A stretch of DNA of 64,000 bases, taken from Dermatophilaceae bacterium (GTDB lineage: Bacteria > Actinomycetota > Actinomycetes > Actinomycetales > Dermatophilaceae). The translations under genes were made by a program, and so were the position numbers. Below are positions 22,259 through 30,312 of this stretch, piece by piece. Each line of letters begins with the position of its first letter. The first letter of the stretch is position 1. Under the pieces are notes generated by a model that was not told the origin of the DNA, did not search any database, and saw only the letters and a program-made list of their open reading frames with translations. The stretch spans positions 60,176 to 124,175 of the forward strand of contig JBAOHJ010000001.1 of NCBI GenBank assembly GCA_037045055.1, in the 5' to 3' direction.

Positions 22259-22681
22259 ATGAGCATCGACCACGTGCGGACGGAGCTCCGGTACGTCCCG
22301 GGGTTGTCCGGGGACGTGGTCGCCTGCCTGCACAACGACGGGCGCGCGGAGAGCATCGCCACGGTGGCGGTCGCCGAGGCCCGCCGTCGTGGAGCCCGGT
22401 TGCGCTTCCTGCAGGTGGTCCAGGACGGGCTGACCCCCGACGAGCGCGCCGACGCCGACCAGTCGACCTTCCGGGGTGCGGTGCGGGCCCTGCGCGGCTT
22501 TCGCGGCATCCCGTGTCGGTTCGAGCTGGTCACCGGAGACCCCACCCCGGTCCTGGTCGACCTGACCGGTCGCGCCTCGGTCATCATCGTCGGCGACGAC
22601 GTCGAGACCGGTGTGCCCGCGGCGGCTGCCTGCCGGGCGGCGGGTCGGTGCCCGGTGATCTCGGTGCCGGTGCTGGCCTGA
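22259..22681 (+). CDS. Usp-like protein lacking the ATP-binding glycine motif
   Basis: Usp-fold pattern (VVACLHNDGRAESIATVAVAEARRRGARLRFLQVV ... VIIVGDD ... CPVISVP). Start taken at MSIDHV. Confidence 0.5.
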   Translation: MSIDHVRTELRYVPGLSGDVVACLHNDGRAESIATVAVAEARRRGARLRFLQVVQDGLTPDERADADQSTFRGAVRALRGFRGIPCRFELVTGDPTPVLVDLTGRASVIIVGDDVETGVPAAAACRAAGRCPVISVPVLA

Positions 22682-22725
22682 GCGCCGCGACCGCACCAGC
22701 GGCGGCGCGGCATACCATCGGGGCC

Positions 22726-24381
22726 GTGCACGAGGACGTCTCCGCGTTGCGGCTGCCTCGCTCGACCGACGCAGTGGTCACCCTGTTGGACGCCGTCGTC
22801 GCGGTGAGCCGGGACCTGGACCTGCAGGAGGTGCTCACCCGGATCGTGGGCAGCGCGTGCGAGCTGGTCGGGGCGCGCTACGGCGCGCTCGGTGTGCTGC
22901 GGCCCGACGGGCAGGGGCTCATGGAGTTCGTAGCCACCGGGATGACCGAGACCCAGGTGGCCGGCATGGAGCACCCGCCGCGGGGCGAGGGCATCCTCGG
23001 CCTGCTCGTGGCCGACCCGACCGTGCTGCGCCTGGCCGACCTGAGCCGGCACCCGGCCGCGGTGGGGTTCCCGCCCGGCCACCCGAGGATGACCTCGTTC
23101 CTCGGGACGCCGGTGCGGGTGCGCGGTGAGGTGTTCGGCAACCTCTACCTCACCGACAAGGTCGGTGCCGACGAGTTCACCGAGGACGACGAGGCCCTGG
23201 TCGTGGCGCTGGCCGCGTCGGCGGGCATGGCGATCGACAACGCCCGCCTCTACGAGGCGACCCGCCGGCAACAGCAGTGGTCCGATGCCCTGTCGAGGAT
23301 GAGCCAGGCGCTGCTGTCGGGGCGCAACGAGCGGGACGCCCTCGACCTGCTGGCCACCCGGGCCGCGTCGGTCGCGGACGCCGGGATGGCGGCGGTGGCG
23401 CTGCTCGACGAGGGCGGGACACTGGTCGTGCAGGCCGTCACCGGGCCGGTGGCCGGGATCGGCAGCCTGGTCGGCACGCCGCTCACCGCGAGCCACTGGT
23501 ATGCCGTGCTCGAGACGGGCGAGCCCCTGCTGCTGTCCTCCACGGCCGAGGAGTCGGTGGCCGACCCGCCCGCGGGCCTGCTGCGCGAGGCGACCGGGCT
23601 GCCCGGGCACGGCCAGACGGCGATCGTGCCGATGACCGTGGGCGGGCACTCGGTGGGGCTGCTCGTCGTGGGGTGGCGCGAGGACGAGGGCCACGTCGCC
23701 TACGAGGCGGCCGAGCCGCTCAAGCGCTATGCCGACCAGGCGGCCCTGACCCTCACCGCGGCCGACGCGCAGCGGGATCGGGCCCGGGCGGTGCTGGCGG
23801 AGGAGCGCGAGCGGATCGCCCGCGACATGCACGACGTGGTCATCCAGCGCCTGTTCGCCACCGGGCTGGGCCTGCAGTCCGCCTCGAGGTTCGCCACCCA
23901 TCCCTACGTGCAGTCCAGGCTCGGGGCCGCGGTCGACGAGCTGGATCTGGCGATCCGGGACATCCGCTCGGCGATCTTCCAGCTGCACGCCGCGGGGCAG
24001 ACCTCGGTGGCCACCGAGATCGAGGGCCTGTGCGAGGGCTTCGCCGAGGTGCTCGGCTTCGCCCCCACCGTCGTCGTGGACCCGGCCGTGGAGCGGGTGC
24101 TCGACCCGATGCGCTCGGACCTGCTCGCGGTGATCCGCGAGGGACTGTCCAACGTGGCCCGGCACGCGACGGCCTCGACGTCCACGGTCGCGGTCGGGCC
24201 GGCCGACGGGCGCCTGGTGGTCGTCATCGGCGACGACGGGGTGGGGATGGGGCCGACCAACCGCCGCAGCGGCCTGGCGAACCTGCGCGAACGGGCCGCC
24301 CGACACGGGGGCGAGCTGCGGGTGGACTCCTCGCCGGGTCAGGGCACCACCCTCACCTGGAGCGTCCCGCAGCCGGGCTGA
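22726..24381 (+). CDS. Soluble GAF-GAF sensor histidine kinase, DosS/DosT-like (HisKA_3 + HATPase)
   Basis: Two GAF domains (ARYGALGVL ... GFPPGHPRMTSFLGTPVRVRGEVFGNLYLTDK), H-box ERERIARDMHDVVIQRLF, and ATPase motifs GLSNVARHA, GDDGVGMG and GLANLRERA. No TM segment. GTG start at 22726. Confidence 0.85.
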   Translation: MHEDVSALRLPRSTDAVVTLLDAVVAVSRDLDLQEVLTRIVGSACELVGARYGALGVLRPDGQGLMEFVATGMTETQVAGMEHPPRGEGILGLLVADPTVLRLADLSRHPAAVGFPPGHPRMTSFLGTPVRVRGEVFGNLYLTDKVGADEFTEDDEALVVALAASAGMAIDNARLYEATRRQQQWSDALSRMSQALLSGRNERDALDLLATRAASVADAGMAAVALLDEGGTLVVQAVTGPVAGIGSLVGTPLTASHWYAVLETGEPLLLSSTAEESVADPPAGLLREATGLPGHGQTAIVPMTVGGHSVGLLVVGWREDEGHVAYEAAEPLKRYADQAALTLTAADAQRDRARAVLAEERERIARDMHDVVIQRLFATGLGLQSASRFATHPYVQSRLGAAVDELDLAIRDIRSAIFQLHAAGQTSVATEIEGLCEGFAEVLGFAPTVVVDPAVERVLDPMRSDLLAVIREGLSNVARHATASTSTVAVGPADGRLVVVIGDDGVGMGPTNRRSGLANLRERAARHGGELRVDSSPGQGTTLTWSVPQPG

Positions 24382-24403
24382 CCCGAGCGCGGGGGCCGCC
24401 CCG

Positions 24404-25327
24404 TCAGGCGGGACCGCCGGTGGCGGACGACGTCGGGTCGAGGTCGAGGGCGAGGGACTGCTCCAGCGGGGCCGGCGCCAGGCCGAAGGTGTCCTGGGCG
24501 TCGGAGGCGTCCAGGACGAACGGCGCCCGGAACTGGTACTGCGTCTCGCGCAGCTCCCGAGCGACGGGCACGACCATGCCGGCGGCCCAGAGCACGGCAT
24601 ACGGCATGGCGCGCAGCTTCAGCGGCGTGCCGAGCCGGTCGGCGGCCATCTGCGCGAGGGTCCTGATGCTCACCGGCGGCGCGCTGGGCACGTGCCAGAT
24701 CCGGCCCCAGGCCGACTCGTGCTCGGCGACGGTGGCCAGCAGCCGGGCCACGTCGGCGACGCTGGTCCAGCTGTGCGGGGCGTCGAGGTCCGCGGGGACG
24801 TATGCGGTGCGGCCCTTGCGCAGCGCAGGCGTCACGACGGCCGACAGCAGGCTGCTTCCGCCGAGGTAGTCGCTGCCGCGGACCTCGACGGCTCGGATGC
24901 GCCCGTCCCGGTGCGCCTGCAGGGCCTGACGGGTCATCGCCGCCCGGACCCGGCCTTTGGTGCCCGTCGCCGCGTCGGGCAGACCCTCGACGATGGGGCC
25001 GGTGACGGGGCCGTAGGGGTAGAGGTTCCCCGTCGTCGCGAGGACCGCGCCGTTGGCCTGCGCGGCGGCGACGAGCGCGTCGGCGATCGGCGGCCAGTCG
25101 GTGGCCCACCGGTGGTAGGCCGGGTTGACGCAGTTGTAGATCGCCGCGGCGTCGACGCAGGCCGCCGCCAGAGCCGGCGCGTGCGCGGCGTCCAGGGCGG
25201 TGAGCTCGGCGCCCGCGGGGCCGGTGCCCCGGCGGGTGACCACACGCACGTGCTCGCCCCGAGCGAGCAGCAGCCTGGCCAGATGGGTGCCGACCGGTCC
25301 GGCGCCGACGACGACGTGGGTGTTCAT
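24404..25327 (-). CDS. NAD(P)-binding epimerase/dehydratase-family (extended SDR) protein
   Basis: N-terminal VVVGAGPVGTHLARLLLARG Rossmann motif. 307 aa. Confidence 0.75.
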   Translation of the reverse strand: MNTHVVVGAGPVGTHLARLLLARGEHVRVVTRRGTGPAGAELTALDAAHAPALAAACVDAAAIYNCVNPAYHRWATDWPPIADALVAAAQANGAVLATTGNLYPYGPVTGPIVEGLPDAATGTKGRVRAAMTRQALQAHRDGRIRAVEVRGSDYLGGSSLLSAVVTPALRKGRTAYVPADLDAPHSWTSVADVARLLATVAEHESAWGRIWHVPSAPPVSIRTLAQMAADRLGTPLKLRAMPYAVLWAAGMVVPVARELRETQYQFRAPFVLDASDAQDTFGLAPAPLEQSLALDLDPTSSATGGPA

Positions 25328-25386
25328 GAGGGGGTGGGCCTTCCGTGACGGCCGTCGCGGGGTTCGGACGGCTGAGGGTCTCGATC

Positions 25387-25451
25387 GAGAGCAGTGCTCT
25401 CATGGGCGAGCATGCCTCACGCGCCCAACGCACGTCAAGAGCGGTGCTCAC
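25387..25451. promoter_or_regulatory. Two related operator-like palindromes in the SDR/TetR divergent spacer
   Basis: GAGAGCAgTGCTCTC (25387-25401, perfect 7-bp arms) and the related AAGAGCGGTGCTCAC (25437-25451). Both lie in the 165-bp spacer upstream of the TetR gene. Confidence 0.45.
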
Positions 25452-25492
25452 ATACGTGACTGACGATCTCTGAGGGGGCATACTGGGGTGTC

Positions 25493-26200
25493 ATGGCGAC
25501 CCCGACCCGGCCCACCGTCCGCGAGCGCGTGCGCGCCGAGATGACCGACGAGATCACGCGGGTGGCACGCGAGCAGCTGGCCCGGCAAGGTGCCAACCTG
25601 TCGATGCGGGCCGTCGCGCGCGAGGTTGGCGTGGTGTCGTCGGCGCTCTATCGGTACTTCCCGAGCCGGGACGAGCTGCTCACCGCGCTCGTCCTGCACG
25701 CCTACCGAGAGCTCGCGGTCGCGGCAACGGCAGCCGAGGCCACCGCCCCGCGCGAGGACCCGGCGGGGCGGTGGGCGGCGCTGTGTCACGGGATCCGCGG
25801 ATGGGCGCAGGCACATCCGCACGAGTACGCGCTGCTCTACGGCACGCCCGTGCCCGGGTATGCCGCCCCCCCCGAGACAGTCGAGCCCGCCTCGGTGCCG
25901 CTGCTGCTCATGGTGGCGATCATGCGGGAGGCGTTGGCCGAAGGCCGGTCCCGACCGCGACCCCAGCCGCCGATGGGCCAGACGCTGCGGGCCAGCTTCC
26001 TGGCGATCGCCGCCTCACCCGGCCTGCAGGGAGGCACCGCTGAGGACATGGCCCGGCTGAGCATCGCCTGGACTGCGGTATTCGGGGCGATCAGCTTCGA
26101 GCTGTTCGGACGGTTGCAGGGCGCTGGTCTGGACTATGACGCGTGGTTCGCCTACCAGGTGCAAGCGCTTGCCACCGATTTGGGGTTGGTCGACCCGTGA
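25493..26200 (+). CDS. TetR/AcrR-family transcriptional regulator
   Basis: N-terminal HTH MRAVAREVGVVSSALYRYFPSRDELL. 235 aa. Confidence 0.87.
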   Translation: MATPTRPTVRERVRAEMTDEITRVAREQLARQGANLSMRAVAREVGVVSSALYRYFPSRDELLTALVLHAYRELAVAATAAEATAPREDPAGRWAALCHGIRGWAQAHPHEYALLYGTPVPGYAAPPETVEPASVPLLLMVAIMREALAEGRSRPRPQPPMGQTLRASFLAIAASPGLQGGTAEDMARLSIAWTAVFGAISFELFGRLQGAGLDYDAWFAYQVQALATDLGLVDP

Positions 26201-26260
26201 GAAGCGCGGGCCCGTGCAGCGGTGTCCACGCTCGTCGGCGATTCTTGGCCCGAGACGCGA

Positions 26261-26278
26261 TCAGATGTCGTCGTAGTG
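26261..26278. repeat. Duplicate of the 3' end of glnA (att-like): TCAGATGTCGtcgTAGTG
   Basis: Matches TCAGATGTCG-TAGT at 26801-26814, which is the glnA stop codon plus its last codons. 11 nt are contiguous and 14 nt match when one 3-nt indel is allowed. Confidence 0.5.
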
Positions 26279-26299
26279 ACCAACCCGCTCTGACCTGCG

Positions 26300-26730
26300 C
26301 CGAATGTTGTTTCTCATGGCGTTGGGTGCGCGCTGGGGACGCTCGGCGCCGCGCTCCAGGCGGGTTCTGAGGGGTCCGGAACGCCTGACTCGAGTTCTTG
26401 TCGAGGGCGGGGTCGACCAACCGGGCGACGAGGTCCCCGGCCTCTGCTGCGGTATGGGCTCGGCCGTCGGCACGCCCTCGGCGGTGCCCGGGGAGGTGCG
26501 GTGCCCGCCCTCGGGGATGGCGGTCGCGTTCGGGTCCCACGACTTACGACACGACGTCGCGTCCCTGCTCATCGGGTCCGGTGCGGACGTCAAGTCGTGC
26601 AGCGACGGCTGCGGCCTGCCAGCGCCACGACGACCCTCACCACCGACGCGCCCTTGTGCCCCGACGCGGACGAGTCCGCCCGCGCTGCCGTGGGTGTCGT
26701 GCGGGCAGCGCGTGCGGACTCGCCGGTAGC
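26300..26730 (+). pseudogene. Decayed tyrosine-recombinase (phage/ICE integrase) fragment, catalytic domain only, frameshifted
   Basis: One frame reads LFLMALGARWGR (box I-like) ... SHDLRHDVASLLIGSGADVKS (box II HxLRH). After a frameshift the next frame reads VVQRRLRPASATTTLTTDAPLCPDADESARAAVG, where LGHAS..T..Y.HL is expected. The N-terminal half is missing. Confidence 0.6.
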
Positions 26731-26800
26731 CACGGCGGACCAACTGCGGACTCGAAGGAGGTCTCTGGCGAGTTTGCGCAGGTCAGTCGGCATCTGACCG

Positions 26801-28225
26801 TCAGATGTCGTAGTACATCTCGAACTCGTGCGGGTGCGGGCGGAAGCGGATCGGGTCGACCTCGTTCTTGCGCTTCCAGTCGATCCACGTGTCGATGAGG
26901 TCCTGGGTGAACACGTCGCCCTCGAGCAGGAACTCGTGGTCGTCCTCCAGCGCGGCGAGCACCTCGGGCAGCGAGCCGGGCACCTGGGCGATGGCGTCGT
27001 GCTCCTCCGGCGGCAGCTCGTAGAGGTCCTTATCCACCGGCTCCGGGGGCTCGATGCGGTTCTTGATGCCGTCCAGGCCGGCCATGAGCTGCGCCGCGAA
27101 GGACAGGTACGGGTTGGCCGACGGGTCGGGGATGCGGAACTCGATGCGCTTGGCCTTCGGCGAGGTCCCGGCGATCGGGATGCGCACGCACGCCGAGCGG
27201 TTGCGGGCCGAGTAGACGAGGTTGACCGGCGCCTCGTACCCGGGCACCAGCCGGTGGTAGGAGTTCACCGTCGGGTTGGTGAAGGCCAGCAGCGCGGGGG
27301 CGTGCCTGAGCAGCCCGCCGATGTACCACCGGGCCAGGTCCGACAGGCCGCCGTAGCCGCTCTCGTCGTAGAACAGCGGCTTGCCGTCCTTCCACAGCGA
27401 CTGGTGGGTGTGCATGCCGGACCCGTTGTCGCCGAACAACGGCTTGGGCATGAAGGTGGCCGACTTGCCGAACTCCCAGGCGGTGTTCTTGACGACGTAC
27501 TTGAACTTCATCATGTCGTCGCCGGAGGCGAGCAGGGTGTTGAACCGGTAGTTGATCTCCTGCTGGCCGGCGGTGCCGACCTCGTGGTGACTGCGCTCGA
27601 CGGTGAGGTCGACCTCGGCGAGGTTGAGGCAGATCGCGTCGCGCAGGTCGGCGAAGTGGTCCAGTGGGGGCACCGGGAAGTACCCGCCCTTGTAGCGCGG
27701 CTTGTACCCGAGGTTGCCGCCCTCCTCGACCCGACCGGTGTTCCAGGCCCCCTCCTCGGAGTCGATGAAGTAGTAGCCGGCGTTCTGCTTGGTCTCGAAG
27801 CGCACGTCGTCGAAGATGTAGAACTCCGCCTCGGCGCCGAAGTACGCGGTGTCCGCGATGCCGGTGGACTTGAGGTAGGACTCGGCCTTGGCGGCGATGT
27901 TGCGCGGGTCCCGGCTGTAGGGCTCGTCGGTGAACGGGTCGACGATGGAGAAGTTCATGATGAGCGTCTTCTCGGCGCGGAACGGATCCAGGTAGGCCGT
28001 CGTCACGTCCGGGACGAGCTTCATGTCCGACTCGTGGATCGCCTGGAAGCCGCGGATCGAGGACCCGTCGAAGGCCTGGCCGACGGTGAAGAAGTCCCCG
28101 TCGACGCTCTGCGCGGGCACGTTGAAGTGCTGCATGACGCCAGGCAGGTCGCAGAAGCGGATGTCGACGAACTTGACGTCCTGGTCCTTGATGTAGGCCA
28201 GGACCTCGTCGGCTGTGGTGAACAA
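26801..28225 (-). CDS. glnA: Glutamine synthetase type I (GlnA1-type, 474 aa)
   Basis: Full-length GSI with [23 protein letters not shown] and [13 protein letters not shown]. An adenylylation-loop-like [10 protein letters not shown] is present. Confidence 0.95.
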   Translation of the reverse strand: MFTTADEVLAYIKDQDVKFVDIRFCDLPGVMQHFNVPAQSVDGDFFTVGQAFDGSSIRGFQAIHESDMKLVPDVTTAYLDPFRAEKTLIMNFSIVDPFTDEPYSRDPRNIAAKAESYLKSTGIADTAYFGAEAEFYIFDDVRFETKQNAGYYFIDSEEGAWNTGRVEEGGNLGYKPRYKGGYFPVPPLDHFADLRDAICLNLAEVDLTVERSHHEVGTAGQQEINYRFNTLLASGDDMMKFKYVVKNTAWEFGKSATFMPKPLFGDNGSGMHTHQSLWKDGKPLFYDESGYGGLSDLARWYIGGLLRHAPALLAFTNPTVNSYHRLVPGYEAPVNLVYSARNRSACVRIPIAGTSPKAKRIEFRIPDPSANPYLSFAAQLMAGLDGIKNRIEPPEPVDKDLYELPPEEHDAIAQVPGSLPEVLAALEDDHEFLLEGDVFTQDLIDTWIDWKRKNEVDPIRFRPHPHEFEMYYDI

Positions 28226-28321
28226 TCCAACCTCCTCAGGATGGGCACGGGCGGAGCGCGAGCGCTGACACGGCTCGTTTGCCCCCCGGGTGTGCTTCGG
28301 CCCGAAGGCTGGCAGAGGCGG

Positions 28322-28360
28322 ATTTCCCGACGGTGTAGCGGATGTTTCGCCCGTGTTAAC
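28322..28360 (-). promoter_or_regulatory. Candidate GlnR box upstream of glnA: TTAAC-n6-GAAAC-n6-TACAC-n6-GAAAT
   Basis: Read on the minus strand 97-135 nt upstream of the glnA ATG. Spacing and half-sites fit the Streptomyces GlnR consensus gTnAc-n6-GaAAc-n6-GtnAC-n6-GAAAc (consensus recalled from memory). Confidence 0.5.
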
Positions 28361-28422
28361 TGCCCCCGCCCGGTGCGCGACGGGACGACGCCCGGGTGCG
28401 CAGACGGTCGTAGGCTGACCGG

Positions 28423-28899
28423 GTGATCGACCGCCGAGACGTGGCCTCCTGGCTGCAGGGACCCTCCGGGCGTCCAGCGGCCACCCAGGACTACCCGGGT
28501 CAGCGCCTCGGGCTGGCGCCGTCCGGGCCCGGCTCGATCGGCCGCTTCGGTCGACGGCTGGTGGGTCTGCTGGTGGACTGGACGCTGGCCCAGCTCGTCG
28601 CCTGGGTGGTCTTCAGGGTCGGTTGGGGGGACCCCGGGGCGGCCAGCTTCGCCCCGCTGGGGGTGTTCGCGGTCGGGCATCTGGTGCTCGTGGGCACGGT
28701 CGGCTTCACCGTCGGACACCGGGTGGTGGGTCTGGCCGTCGTCTCGATGAGCGGGGGCCGGCCCACCGTGGCGCAGGCGCTCATCCGGACCTCGTTGCTG
28801 TGCCTGGCGATCCCGGCCCTCATCTGGGACGGCGACGGCCGCGGCCTGCACGACAAGGCGGCCTCGACGCTGCTGCTGCGGATGGGCGAGCCCGACTGA
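28423..28899 (+). CDS. RDD-family membrane protein
   Basis: [16 protein letters not shown] and a later D...HD pattern, with three hydrophobic segments. It occupies the same position next to glnA1 as Rv2219A in M. tuberculosis (from memory). Confidence 0.72.
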   Translation: MIDRRDVASWLQGPSGRPAATQDYPGQRLGLAPSGPGSIGRFGRRLVGLLVDWTLAQLVAWVVFRVGWGDPGAASFAPLGVFAVGHLVLVGTVGFTVGHRVVGLAVVSMSGGRPTVAQALIRTSLLCLAIPALIWDGDGRGLHDKAASTLLLRMGEPD

Positions 28900-28909
28900 C
28901 CAGGCGGAT

Positions 28910-28965
28910 CGGCCGGGTCGACGAACCGGAAAGACCAGCCGGACCGGCCGGGTCGACGAACCGGA
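28910..28965. repeat. Two identical 21-bp direct repeats CGGCCGGGTCGACGAACCGGA (28910-28930 and 28945-28965), period 35 bp
   Basis: Exact copies read directly. They begin 11 nt after the RDD stop, at the left edge of the ECF-CHAT-S8 insert. Confidence 0.8.
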
Positions 28966-29186
28966 CTGTCCCGCGCGCGCTCGCCGGCCCCGACGTCGAT
29001 CGAGGTATCAGCGGCCCCGATCCGCGCTCCTTCCTTCGAATGTCCGCACACCTCGGAGGGGCCATGAACCGGTCGGGCGACGCACTCGCGGTGGCGACGT
29101 GGTCGCGTCCGGGGGATGGAAGTGTCCCGCGGCACCCGGCATACCGGCGCGATACTGGGGCGAAACCCCCTAGCCGAGGAGTGACC

Positions 29187-29774
29187 GTGACTCGGGACGC
29201 CACGCTCACCGAGCTCGTCGCTCGGGCCGCAGAGGGCGACCAGGGGGCGTGGGACGAGATCGTCGCGCGGTTCTCCGCACTGCTGTGGTCGATCGCCCGG
29301 GGCTATCGGCTGGAGACCAACGCCGCTGCCGACGTCGTCCAGTCGACCTGGCTGCGCCTCGTCGAGTCGCTCGCACGGATCCAGGAGCCCGAGGCCCTGC
29401 CCGGGTGGCTGCTGACCACCTGCCGGCGCGAGGCGATCCGTGTCGTGCGGGCGAAGGGCCGGGAGGTCCTGGCCTACGACGACCCCCTCGACGACGACCC
29501 CGACGACGGCCCACCGCCGGACACCGCGCTGCTGACCGACGAGCGCGATGCCGTGCTGTGGGCCGCGTTCCGGCGCCTCGGCGAGCGCTGCCAGCGGCTG
29601 CTGCGGGTGCTCATGGCGCCCGAGTGCCCGCCGTACGCGGTGGTCGCCACCGAGCTGGGCATGCCGGTCGGCTCGATCGGCCCCACTCGGGGGCGGTGTC
29701 TGGGGCGGCTGCGGGGGCTGCTGGCGGACACCGGCTACGACTTCGGTCCCGCCTGGGAGGGGAGCATCCCATGA
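29187..29774 (+). CDS. ECF-type RNA polymerase sigma-70 family factor
   Basis: Region 2 (FSALLWSIARGYRLETNAAADVVQSTWLRLVESL) and region 4 (CQRLLRVLMAPECPPYAVVATELGMPVGSIGPTRGRCLGRLR). GTG start at 29187, 6 nt after GAGGA. GTG 29181 is an alternative start. Confidence 0.85.
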   Translation: MTRDATLTELVARAAEGDQGAWDEIVARFSALLWSIARGYRLETNAAADVVQSTWLRLVESLARIQEPEALPGWLLTTCRREAIRVVRAKGREVLAYDDPLDDDPDDGPPPDTALLTDERDAVLWAAFRRLGERCQRLLRVLMAPECPPYAVVATELGMPVGSIGPTRGRCLGRLRGLLADTGYDFGPAWEGSIP

Positions 29775-30259
29775 CCGACGAGCGGACCCACGACCTCCCG
29801 CCCGAGGACCTCGAGCTGCTCGCGCAACTGCGGCGGGCGGCCGAGGGAGCCGACCCCGAGCCGGCCTATCTGCGGGAGCTGGGGCGGGCGGCGTTCTCGG
29901 TGCGCCGCGTGGAGGCCGAGTTGGCGCGGCTGGTCGCCGACTCCACCCGGCAGCGCGAGCTGGTGCGCTCGGTCGGCGGCGATCCCCGGCTGGTGACGTT
30001 CGCCGCCGACGAGGTGACCATCGAGGTCCAGGTGTCGCGGCTGGACCGCTCGCCCTACCTCATCGGGCTCGTCGAAGGGCTGCCCCAGCCACAGGCGGCG
30101 CGGGTCGACGTGGAGTCCGCCGCCGGGCGGCTCGTCACGGCCCCCGTGGACGACCTGGGCCGCTTCACCGTCGACGACGTGCCGCCCGGCCTGCTGCGGC
30201 TGCGGGTGCTCGCCCCCGCGGTCGACGTGACCACCGACTGGCTCAGCCTGGCCGACTGA
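29771..30259 (+). CDS. Hypothetical soluble protein (162 aa), translationally coupled to the ECF sigma gene
   Basis: ATGA start/stop overlap at 29771-29774. No TM segment and no HxxxCxxC zinc anti-sigma motif. The C-terminus has a beta-sandwich-like GRFTVDDVPPGLLRLRV segment. High GC3. Confidence 0.55.
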   Translation: MTDERTHDLPPEDLELLAQLRRAAEGADPEPAYLRELGRAAFSVRRVEAELARLVADSTRQRELVRSVGGDPRLVTFAADEVTIEVQVSRLDRSPYLIGLVEGLPQPQAARVDVESAAGRLVTAPVDDLGRFTVDDVPPGLLRLRVLAPAVDVTTDWLSLAD

Positions 30260-30312
30260 ACCGCATCGCGGGTATGCCGCGCGGCACGAGCGCCCGGCCG
30301 AGCGCACCGCGG

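Noticed and set aside
29771-30259. The 162-aa protein as a gasdermin-like pore former or a classical zinc anti-sigma factor
   Set aside because: It is too short for the gasdermin fold, has no HxxxCxxC motif and has no TM helix. There is no positive evidence for either idea, so it is kept as hypothetical.
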